64,000 nt of DNA from Giardia intestinalis (lineage: Eukaryota), in assembly GCA_000002435.2 (NCBI GenBank), contig CM018793.1, one strand, 5' to 3'. The position numbers and the translations under genes are program-made. Of the stretch, positions 40,006 through 49,300 are shown piece by piece; the first letter of the stretch is position 1, and each line of letters begins with the position of its first letter. The notes beneath the pieces are model-generated. The model was not told where the DNA came from. It did not search any database and was given only the letters and a program-made list of their open reading frames with translations.

Positions 40006-41652
40006 ATGCAGAAGCCCCTTCCGCAAAAAGGCCCATCGCATAGGCCAGCTGTCCCGAGGATTCTCCGGCCACAGAGCCAGGAGATCGTTGCACTTACTAA
40101 TATCTTTCTTCTCCAGGAGTCGGCCTTGTTCTCCGAGACCTATGGGTTTACACCCAACAGCTACACCTTTCTGAAGGGGTCTCCCCGTGAGAAGGCCTGC
40201 GTTATGCACTTTTTGCTGATGATAGCCGATCGCCACGAAGCCCAGCAGCAGTTCGCCTTTCTTAAGCCAGAAAAGGGCTCCAATTTGATACATTTTAGGA
40301 CCTGTGAGCTGTCTCTTTTTCGCGATAGAGCATACGTCATTGCCTCTGCCTTGAGCAACATGGCTGGCTTTGAAGTTGTGCCCCGGTCGGAGTTCCTAGG
40401 ATTCTCGGCGAAGTACATGAACATGGTGTTTCGCCTTTCTATTTACTGCGTACGTGAGCAGAGTAAGCGTCTTTTGCGGCGCTTATCCTCTGTCGACCTC
40501 AGTGCAATGGCTGATGGCACAGATATAGACCAGGCCGCGAAAGAAAACCTTTCTGGCACAACGTTTTTCGACGAATCTTTGAACATGCCTGTGAATTCGC
40601 CGCTAATCCGTCAAGTGAGCATTGCGGCAACTGGAAGCTCGTCCAGCAGCGCGAGATTGAACTTTTCTCCGGGGCAATTGGTTCCATACTGCAGTACGCA
40701 GATTAGCCTCGCTTTGGAAGAGCTTGATGTTGAAGCCTTATTGGCTAAAAGGATCTCAGACATATACAGAGAGCTTCTAAACGCTGAAAAGGATCAAGCC
40801 TGCTATGAGAGTGTCATCCGATGTCTTGCAAAGCATAACTATGAGGTAACAACACCGGGTCCAGAGAGTGTGCCTCGTCCTCGCGTTCCTCCAAACATTG
40901 GGGATGCACTACGTTTTCTGCAAGCCCTCAGCAAGGAGCTCCAAGACATTCCACTCGATGCATACACTTTCCTAAGGCAGCTAGGGAACACCCAGTCTCC
41001 TGGCTTACAGTTAGAAGATCAGAGCGCTGAGGTAACGTACCCAGAGGTACATCTTTCACAGCTTCGGGAGCTTTACAAAACACAAGTTCAGCCATCTTCT
41101 GTTAACTTTCCGTTAATCTGCGCAGGAGCTACGTCTCTATTAAGAAGCGCACTTTCCGATGAAACCCTCCATAACATAAACCAGAGGCTTTTCTCTTGTC
41201 CTCGTGTAGACGTACCAGACCATGTGTCGCCAAATCGCAATTATGAGGAGCAGCTTCTGGGCGTTCAGAGCTCAATAAAGGCACTTCAGGCGCAAATAAC
41301 AGCTTTACGAAAGGACTCTAACTCTAGTTTACAGCCGCCAGATACAACCGTGAAGGACGCGTTCACAGAGGCCATTCTCCAGGCACTTGGAGACACCGAG
41401 AACGCAAGCTCAAGCGTTGGCAACCAGCATTGCATCGAGGATAACAGGACCATAAGAGATCCACGCATTGCAGATAAAGAGCGGCTGCGGATGTCGCTTC
41501 GTGCAACAACAAGAACCCAGGAAATAGACAAGCTCTCATCTCGACTGCACAAGACATTCTCCGGCGGAAAACAGGTTATCCCCGTTTCTACATTCGTTGC
41601 AGATGGCACAGAAGGCCGTCTCTCTAATACCGTATATCTTGGGGACGAGTAA
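40006..41652 (+). CDS. hypothetical protein (548 aa)
   Basis: Intact ORF divergent from the WD40 gene, with 54 bp between the two start codons. No recognised motif. Confidence 0.55.
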   Translation: MQKPLPQKGPSHRPAVPRILRPQSQEIVALTNIFLLQESALFSETYGFTPNSYTFLKGSPREKACVMHFLLMIADRHEAQQQFAFLKPEKGSNLIHFRTCELSLFRDRAYVIASALSNMAGFEVVPRSEFLGFSAKYMNMVFRLSIYCVREQSKRLLRRLSSVDLSAMADGTDIDQAAKENLSGTTFFDESLNMPVNSPLIRQVSIAATGSSSSSARLNFSPGQLVPYCSTQISLALEELDVEALLAKRISDIYRELLNAEKDQACYESVIRCLAKHNYEVTTPGPESVPRPRVPPNIGDALRFLQALSKELQDIPLDAYTFLRQLGNTQSPGLQLEDQSAEVTYPEVHLSQLRELYKTQVQPSSVNFPLICAGATSLLRSALSDETLHNINQRLFSCPRVDVPDHVSPNRNYEEQLLGVQSSIKALQAQITALRKDSNSSLQPPDTTVKDAFTEAILQALGDTENASSSVGNQHCIEDNRTIRDPRIADKERLRMSLRATTRTQEIDKLSSRLHKTFSGGKQVIPVSTFVADGTEGRLSNTVYLGDE

Positions 41653-41669
41653 CAAATTTCAAAATTTGC

Positions 41670-42656
41670 ATGTCCTATTTTGACTGGAATGATCGCCTCC
41701 CGAACAGCCTCCGGGCAGGCTTCCAGCCACCGTCCGAGGAAGCAGAGGAGGACATGAAACGCAGACACCATGCGGAGTTAGTCGAATACGAACGCTTTGC
41801 AACGAGCATTCGCTCCGAGTACACGAAACCAATCGATAAGAGCCGCGCCGTGCAGCAGCTCTCAAGGCTGAAGCAGCAGATGCGCGACCGCCATGTATCA
41901 GAAGAAGCTGTGCTCAGCGGCTCTGAGCGAGCGTCGAAGAAAGCCCAGATCCTTTTGAACGCAGGGCCTTCACATCCTGTAGCCTCTGGGAAAACAGATA
42001 ATGTCGCAGAAGATCCAGTACGTGCCGGCTTTCTCCCTCCACAGGATGCAAGAGGCCTAATTGGGGGTGCCCTGGCTCATGCAAACCGCATGGCAGAGCA
42101 GGCATCTCATAAAGTCCTTCGCTCGACGGTGAATCGCACCGCAATGGATAACGAGATCATCGAGAGATATGTGAAAAAGACAGAAGCCCGCTCAGGCCCT
42201 GGAGCGCGCTTTGGCTTCATCCAACGGATCAACCAGAAGGCCGCCGCCTTGGGAAAGCGGGTCATAACCGTTGAGGCAGACAATCACTGTTTGTACAATT
42301 CTCTGATTGCAGGCCTTCACGGGCCATCTGAGAATTCGGGAGAGGCTGTCAGGCATCTACGAAACCTAGTGGGGGACTACATTGCCGCACATGCAGATAT
42401 CTATGCAGACATGATAAATGTGATGGTCCAGATGTCGCTTGCAGCGTACGTGGAGGGCGTGAAGACAGAAGCCATGGGAGACGAGCTGGAGTGCTCTGTA
42501 GCGGCAAAGGTGCTGAGGGTGAGGATACACCTACTTACGCCAGACGACGACGTCCGCATCTTCGATCCTGAGGGCTCATCAGAGGCCGATATTTGGATTG
42601 CATATTATCCTAGCTACACCATTCTAGGGGATCCTCACTACAACGTACTAAGGTGA
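41670..42656 (+). CDS. OTU-domain cysteine protease (putative deubiquitinase), 328 aa
   Basis: Cys box VEADNHCLYNSLIAGLHG (the D-N/G-x-C-L-Y motif) and a C-terminal His box (ILGDPHYNVL). It starts 18 bp after the upstream stop. The initiator is aaatttcaaaatttgcATG. Confidence 0.75.
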   Translation: MSYFDWNDRLPNSLRAGFQPPSEEAEEDMKRRHHAELVEYERFATSIRSEYTKPIDKSRAVQQLSRLKQQMRDRHVSEEAVLSGSERASKKAQILLNAGPSHPVASGKTDNVAEDPVRAGFLPPQDARGLIGGALAHANRMAEQASHKVLRSTVNRTAMDNEIIERYVKKTEARSGPGARFGFIQRINQKAAALGKRVITVEADNHCLYNSLIAGLHGPSENSGEAVRHLRNLVGDYIAAHADIYADMINVMVQMSLAAYVEGVKTEAMGDELECSVAAKVLRVRIHLLTPDDDVRIFDPEGSSEADIWIAYYPSYTILGDPHYNVLR

Positions 42657-42704
42657 CACGGCCTCTAAAGTAAATTCTCAAGAAATGATGCCGACCCTTC
42701 GCCG

Positions 42705-45614
42705 TCACAGGCTTAGTTTGCGGTGCTTCCTCGATTTGTCTTGAGTGGGCGCGGTGTCTATGATGCTTAACGCGCTAGTATACCGAGTTGGAATTGCGGT
42801 GATTTTATGTGCAATGGATATGCTTTGCTCTTCAGCTTGAGAGAGATACTGGACGCTTTGCATACGTGACAGACAGGACATCGTTGAAGGGGACGTCTTT
42901 GTCGCTGGAATGTCTTCTTCCAGATAACCGATCTCAGTAGACTCACCCAGGCAGCTGTCTTTCTTGATTTCATAGGTGGTGGCGTCTACTTTCTCAAGAA
43001 GAGAGACATATATGGATTCAGGAGGCTTTTCTAACTGCGTTATGCTAGCACACCTGTGCATGATTGTCTCTGTTTTGTGCTTGAGCTGCTCCTCACGTAT
43101 TATTCCCCGAATATAGTTGAACTTGACAAGCAGATACACCATCCCGCTAAGCCCGCCGAGGATATCTGCTATGGCGATTCCATGTATCATGTAGTCGGTA
43201 GAGTTAGTAGCCAAGGGGTAAATGATATTCCACGCAGTGCCAATGGCAAGTCGCAACGCTGTTAAAAAGATTGATATCCTATCTTGCTTGAGGATCTGGG
43301 CTAGTATGACGGCCATATAAAAAGGTGTTTGGAACGTAATAAAACTAAACACAATCCGTCCATTTTTGACAATGTTCTTCTGGTAAGAGCTATCCAGCTC
43401 ATACGACTGAACGAAGTACGGGAGCAGGCTTTCAAATACAATAGTGTAGCATACGCAGAAGAGAAGCATCGCTAGCGTTCCGGTGTAAAAGGCCTTCTTG
43501 AAGTTCAGGTACTTCTTTCTGCTCCAGTAATAATCTACCACAGTTGTTATTCCAGCAATTAGGCCAGTTAGTGGCGACTGATATGTTCCCAGGTAACGCG
43601 AAGCCAGTCCGGTAGCGATTTGGCGTTGATGTGCATTCTTGCCGCCGTATTTGTAGTGCTGGATGATGCCTATCAGAGCAGTGAGGGGTGGGGTCAAGTA
43701 GCCTAAATAGTTAGTCAGCCCACGTGTTAAGAACTTGCAAAAGAGAGAGCAGTCGAAGTCACCGTATCGCTGCGCCTTTAGATATATACGAGGAACGGCT
43801 TCTGCGTGTGATCGTGCACCCCTTGATTTTAGACCGGATTTACGCGTCGTCTTTTGTGTTTCACTGGTCGATACCGTCACAAGAGAAGAAGTGGTGGTTG
43901 TCTTCTTCGAGAAACGGCAGCCTTTGAAGGCCAACTGGAGGCGCGTCTCGAGCATTTTAGCTCGTAAGTGAAGCGGCTCCAGGAAATTGAATAGGAAGAA
44001 AAGACCCGTGCATAGCTCTCCAACCAGTATCCCCCACGCAGCCCCGCTATTGGCAAGCTTTAATGCTATCATCAGTATTGCTGTTGTTACGAGAAAGACT
44101 GCTCCCCCAATTAGCTGGCGAACAAGGCAGTATGCGCCTAAGCTCATTGTTCGCAGGACAGGGACCAAGCCCGAACTTATGAAGTAGATGAATGGGCCAA
44201 AGAAGAGAATGGGGTATGCATATTCCAGCGTAGAAGCAACGTAGTTATAGTGATTTGCTGGATTGGCCGCGAAGATTCTCACAAGCTTGTCAATAAACAG
44301 AACCATAGTAACTGAGATGACCAGGGACAGTATCAGTCCAAAGAGGAAATAGTAAGCAACGACCCGTTCGCTCATAATCCGTGATTGCGTATCTTTTTGA
44401 TTGTCTTTAAACTGTGAATAGTATTTTTCCATGATGGTGCCGGCAGAAGAGCCAAAAGCTAGGTAGAGCTGGGTAATCAAGATTTGCTCTAACGGGGTAA
44501 AGTAAACCAGACCGGTGAGATTCGCTAATCCAGAGGTGTCTATGACCACCTCGTAATCAAACAGGATATAAAGAGAGACCGAGAGGTAACCCAGAACCAT
44601 GGGGTAGGATATCAGAAAGATCAACTCAAAGGGTGACTTTCCAGTAGTTCTTTTGGTTTTGATGTAGGACCTTTTAGGGAGACTAGACTTGATTGTAGGC
44701 AGTGGCACTTTATGGAATACTACATTGTTGGCTCTGGAAGAAGGTGTTCTTGCTCTATGCTTATCCAAAGTGTTCTTGGTGCTTTTCGTTGTTGAGGTAG
44801 GTGCCGTAGCGCATGGATAAGAGGTGCTACCGTGATCAATAGGAGCCACAGCCGAGGATGGGTATAAGTGAGACGCCAATGTACGGGTGGATCTTCGTGT
44901 AGTGACGGAAGACACACTATTGACGAGGCTAATTGCCTCCGAATCGTAGTCATAAGCCGGGCCTTTTCTAGACACACCCTTCCATCCATGCATATTTGAT
45001 GAGCGCTCGTCAAGGACACTACGCCTAGACGGGATCGTGTAGTCCACATCCTCAGAGAAGTGAACACGATGGTTGCTTGATGCTATCTGATGGAGGACAC
45101 TTTCTTCTGCTTGAAGGTGTGCAAATATGGGGTGCCCTGCTTGCGTAGCTTCTGCGCTTGGGAGAATTAGGTGACGCGCTTCAACAGTGATCGTACGTCT
45201 GGAGGCAGGTTCGCACTCTCCAAAGGATGGCAGGGTTGCAGTGCACTCCTCAAAGTCGTCTTCAAACAGGCCGCTTATGTTGGTTGCAGCCCTAGCCATC
45301 AAAGTCAAAAAATTAACGTCCCTTTTTGTTCGGAACCTTGATAGCAAGGTCACAGAAGATCTGCTGTACGAGCTCTTTACACAGGTTGCCCAGGTGCAAC
45401 GCGTTAACATCCCGGTGGATCCCCTGACGGGTTTGCAGAAGCAATATGGATTCGTTGACGTGGGGACGAAAGAAATGGCTGAGTATTGTAAGGCCGTTTT
45501 ATCCGGCGTTGAGCTATATGGTAAACAGCTGGCAATCCAAGATTCTCGCGCAGACATAGAACAAGGCGTTTTTACGCAGCAGGTTTTAAGAGTGACATTC
45601 ATTAGGCCTCTCAA
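42705..45614 (-). CDS. polytopic membrane protein (about 12 TM; putative transporter), 969 aa as the maximal ORF
   Basis: There are at least 10 hydrophobic helices between about aa 320 and 770. The true start is probably the internal Met at 45299 (MARAATNISGLFEDDFEEC...), which has a very strong initiator (gttaattttttgactttgATG). The longer ORF overlaps the RRM gene. Confidence 0.65.
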   Translation of the reverse strand: MRGLMNVTLKTCCVKTPCSMSARESWIASCLPYSSTPDKTALQYSAISFVPTSTNPYCFCKPVRGSTGMLTRCTWATCVKSSYSRSSVTLLSRFRTKRDVNFLTLMARAATNISGLFEDDFEECTATLPSFGECEPASRRTITVEARHLILPSAEATQAGHPIFAHLQAEESVLHQIASSNHRVHFSEDVDYTIPSRRSVLDERSSNMHGWKGVSRKGPAYDYDSEAISLVNSVSSVTTRRSTRTLASHLYPSSAVAPIDHGSTSYPCATAPTSTTKSTKNTLDKHRARTPSSRANNVVFHKVPLPTIKSSLPKRSYIKTKRTTGKSPFELIFLISYPMVLGYLSVSLYILFDYEVVIDTSGLANLTGLVYFTPLEQILITQLYLAFGSSAGTIMEKYYSQFKDNQKDTQSRIMSERVVAYYFLFGLILSLVISVTMVLFIDKLVRIFAANPANHYNYVASTLEYAYPILFFGPFIYFISSGLVPVLRTMSLGAYCLVRQLIGGAVFLVTTAILMIALKLANSGAAWGILVGELCTGLFFLFNFLEPLHLRAKMLETRLQLAFKGCRFSKKTTTTSSLVTVSTSETQKTTRKSGLKSRGARSHAEAVPRIYLKAQRYGDFDCSLFCKFLTRGLTNYLGYLTPPLTALIGIIQHYKYGGKNAHQRQIATGLASRYLGTYQSPLTGLIAGITTVVDYYWSRKKYLNFKKAFYTGTLAMLLFCVCYTIVFESLLPYFVQSYELDSSYQKNIVKNGRIVFSFITFQTPFYMAVILAQILKQDRISIFLTALRLAIGTAWNIIYPLATNSTDYMIHGIAIADILGGLSGMVYLLVKFNYIRGIIREEQLKHKTETIMHRCASITQLEKPPESIYVSLLEKVDATTYEIKKDSCLGESTEIGYLEEDIPATKTSPSTMSCLSRMQSVQYLSQAEEQSISIAHKITAIPTRYTSALSIIDTAPTQDKSRKHRKLSL

Positions 45615-45849
45615 CTACATAGATGATTGCGCATGCCCTGCTAGTCTAGGGAGCGGGTTACCTGGTAAATTTCTGGAGAGGCTCAAGGGAATCTTGGAGA
45701 GATTCGGTGCTGTGACCGGCCAGGTTTACCACGACGGGTATGCCCTTTTCTCTTTTTCCACTGACTGCGCGGCCACAGAGGCTGCTACCGCTCTAAACAA
45801 TCAGTTCATCTGCGGAATGCTGGTAACGACGGCCGTAATCAATCGGTAA
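45277..45849 (+). CDS. RRM-domain RNA-binding protein (about 190 aa from the Met at 45277; the maximal ORF begins at 45187)
   Basis: RNP2 LFVRNL and RNP1 YGFVDVGT belong to a first RRM. A second, degenerate RRM-like segment follows (GYALFSFSTDCAATEAATALNNQF). Confidence 0.65.
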   Translation: MLVAALAIKVKKLTSLFVRNLDSKVTEDLLYELFTQVAQVQRVNIPVDPLTGLQKQYGFVDVGTKEMAEYCKAVLSGVELYGKQLAIQDSRADIEQGVFTQQVLRVTFIRPLNYIDDCACPASLGSGLPGKFLERLKGILERFGAVTGQVYHDGYALFSFSTDCAATEAATALNNQFICGMLVTTAVINR

Positions 45850-46011
45850 ATTTACATATTCCACACTGATCAGAGCGGGTCATGTTGCAGGACTAAGTAC
45901 GGTTCTTAGCGTCACATCCTAGACATATGCCCGTGAACCACCAGAACGTGGCACTCGCGAGTGTCTGAAGCGGAACCAGAAATCTACCCATCAAAGCACA
46001 CTAAGCCAACG

Positions 46012-46203
46012 CTACCTTCTAGACTTTCGATCGCAGCATTCGCAACAGTGACAACACGGGCAGAGTCCACAGAGGACAATCGGAAGGGTGATGCACGTAG
46101 CCACCATGCCAAGGGCGACTATTATGATCACAACCAAAATAGTAATGAACACGCCCTTGGATAAATTGAACACGTCGTTGAAAACCTGATCATCGTTGTC
46201 CAT
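46012..46203 (-). CDS. small Cys-rich single-pass membrane protein (63 aa), CYSTM-like
   Basis: MDNDDQVFNDVFNLSKGVFITILVVIIIVALGMVATCITLPIVLCGLCPCCHCCECCDRKSRR is a hydrophobic helix running into a Cys cluster with a basic tail. An A-rich initiator (caggaatcaaagaaATG) precedes it. Confidence 0.4.
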   Translation of the reverse strand: MDNDDQVFNDVFNLSKGVFITILVVIIIVALGMVATCITLPIVLCGLCPCCHCCECCDRKSRR

Positions 46204-46374
46204 TTCTTTGATTCCTGGGAACCCAAATAATTAATTATTTTGCTATTTTTTGAATAGGTATAGGTTAGTGTGGGACGCAATCAGTAATAGGACAGATTTT
46301 TGCACCTTTCGAGCGTTTACTTTCAAGTAAGCACACGACATTTACCGCAAGTATCTTCTATCGCCGCACCAGAT

Positions 46375-49300
46375 TTAAAGGTCATCTTCTCCATTTTCAT
46401 CGTCTTCATCGTAAGTGTAGCTGACATAAGAATAATCGTCCTCCAGAACAGAACTGTCTAATTCTGTGGCGCTAGTTTCTGACTCTGTAAAGGACGACTC
46501 CTCCTTCTTCCCACGCTTTGCAGAGGCCTTCTTGGTGTCAACAGGTGCTGCGGCCGGTCTTTTCCTCTTCGGTTCAGTAGGTGCGGTTTCAAGCCCCTCT
46601 TCCGGTTTTTGTACTTTTGCCTTGGAGGCAGGAGCTGTTTTCGGCACATGTTCTTTCTTTGGCTTTGGCTCCCCCTTTATCTTGAGCCCTTGATCGTCTC
46701 TAGTAGTACTGTACTCTATCTCATTGTCTGAGTCACCGACCCGGTCATCCATGGCCTTGTATTTTCGTTCAGATTCCTCTAGCTTGCCCTGGATCATCGT
46801 CTCTGTGACGGTCAGCCGGCGTGTCTCTGCAGACTTGGTTTGCTCCATGTGGCGATCCACTTCATAGGCTGCTTCGAACGCTGCAAGGTCTCTGAGCCAC
46901 ATATTCTCCACCGTGGTGTTCCTGAGCTTTTCGGCCTCTGCTCTTATTAGCTCGGCAGAAGACAGCAGATTTCTGTAGCTCTCTTTAGTCATTGTAGAAA
47001 TCGGCATACGTAAGAGGTATTCGTAGCACTCGTTTCTATCCTGAACAGTGAATCCGCTCCAGCTATTAATGGCATCGAAGAACTGGGGCCCGATAAGATC
47101 CTTCACAGTCGCCTCGAGGTGCTTCTCTAGATCTCGCTGGTCTGCATCATCGTCCTCCTCTGGTCTCTCAGAGTCCTCATCAATCTTTAGTGCCTGTCTT
47201 TTATTGATCAGATTACGATGACTGAGCAGAATTATACGATGCTTGCGAGAGGGATGGAACTGGTATTTGCCCCATAACAGCTCTGTGACGGAATCGCGGG
47301 GCACGTTCTTTATGTTGAGCTTATCCTCGATGATGAGCTTTATGAACCGCGCCTTTTCATTTAGCATTAATGATCTATCATCCATGTCAATTATCTGATT
47401 GTTCCTCCGCACTCTGTACAAGTCTAATCTTTTAGCGTAGAAGGCGTCTATGATCTTGAAGGGTGTGTGATAAAGGCATAGCATATTCCTTTCGTTGTAG
47501 AGCCACATGTTCGACGGTCTAATGCTTCCATCGAGTTTAAAGCCCTTCACTATGTTATCGTACCTTGCCGTCCCCGCTGTGTTGCAGGTCTCTATGTCTA
47601 CATCAGAGGTGCCAATGAGGTATCTTGCGCATTCATCACTAAGAGTGACGATGATATTGACAGTATTGTTGTCACTCATGTCTATGACCTTCATGAGGGC
47701 TGGATGGATGCCCTTGTAATAGCCAGTAACGGAGTCATACAGTTGGTCCTTAGCGGCCGGCTTCTCCTTTGCAGCACCAGAGGCTCCCTTTAGTTTGGCT
47801 TTTCCCTTCGTGGTTGCAGAGACCTTGGTTGCTGGCTTCTTCGCGGTCCCTGCGTCTTCGTTACCCTTAACCCATGTCTCTATCTCTTCGCGATAGGACT
47901 CCGTCCACACACCGATTGGTAGGTCCGTTATCTGTATTGTCTTGAGATCCACCACTGAAAAACACCCTGTCATTCTCCAGCGGACAAATTTGCCACTCTT
48001 ATCGTATTCATGGGTCATTGTTCCTTTCCAGCCATTCGAGAACGGCTTGAGAGTCCTCTTCTCGCGGCGGGTTGTCTTCCCATAGATCCGCAGTCTTATA
48101 CTATGGAGCATATCTAAAGGATCAAATTGGGGTATTGTTGTGCTAAACCCTGTTCCGATACCATCAGAGCCATTGATAAGAACCATAGGCAAGATGGGAG
48201 CATAGTAAAACGGCTCGATAACCTTTCCGTCGTCTTCCTTATACTGCATAATAGCATCATCCGGTTCTGGGAAAAGATACCTTGCAAGAGGATCCAAGTA
48301 TGTAGAAATGTAACGAGGAGCAGAGCTGTCCTTGCCACCTCGTGCGCGGGACCCAAAAATACCTGCAGGGTAGAGCAAGGCAATATTGTTGCTGCCTGTG
48401 AAGCTCTGCGCCATGTTGACGATGGTTCCGTTTAGCGAGGCCTCGCCGTGATGGTATGCCGCCTTGTCCGAGACAAAGCCGGATAACTGGGAGACTTTCA
48501 GCTTCGTCTTCAGGTTTCTCTTAAAGCATGCATACAGCACTTTTCGCTGACCAGGTTTGAGCCCATCCATGAGCGACGGAATTGCACGTTGATTAGATTC
48601 GATATCGTAAAGTACAAGCTCCTTGTCAACAAACGCCGTTATGTCGATTTTTGTGGGCGAGAGATCAAGATATGTGTCTGGATCTGTGCCCGATATCCAG
48701 GTCTTTCTGTCGTCTGCCAGCTTCTTGTCGAAGGCCAGCTTCAGCTTTGAAGCAGACTCTGGGTTGTAGATAAGGGTTTTTCTGTTGTTTGCTATCTGTT
48801 GGAAGTATTGTTTGGCATCGGTCGTGTTGCTGGATCCTAACCCTTTGTAGTAATTAATGTTCCACTTTGGAAGATCAGTCACTGTCTGCGTCCACTTTTT
48901 GTACTCTGGAATGGTATAGAATGTCTTCATGTTGCGGGCTTGCGTGCACCGCACAATTGGCGTGATGAAGAAATCGAGAAACTTGTTGCTCCTTGCAAGA
49001 CCATTCCAGTAGGTATCAAATAGGTTTATAAGTAGTCCTTTAATGTGCGACCCATCGGGGTCTTGATCTGTCATTATCATGACGTGGCCATATCGTAAAG
49101 TGTTACGGGCCTCCTGAGTGCTATAGTCCATTCCCTGCTTCAATCCGAGGATCTTCTTCAAATTGGTGATCTCCGCGTTATTGCTTACCTTATCAATTGA
49201 TTCATTTCGCACGTTGATGACCTTGCCCCGAAGAGGGAAGACGCCGTAATACTTCTTACCATCCTCAATGCTCGAAATACCATCAACAGCAAGGGCCTTG

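Noticed and set aside
45961-46164. 67-aa plus-strand ORF overlapping the small Cys-rich minus-strand ORF
   Set aside because: It has a hydrophilic low-complexity translation and no initiator. The minus-strand ORF has both an initiator and a coherent TM-plus-Cys-cluster architecture.
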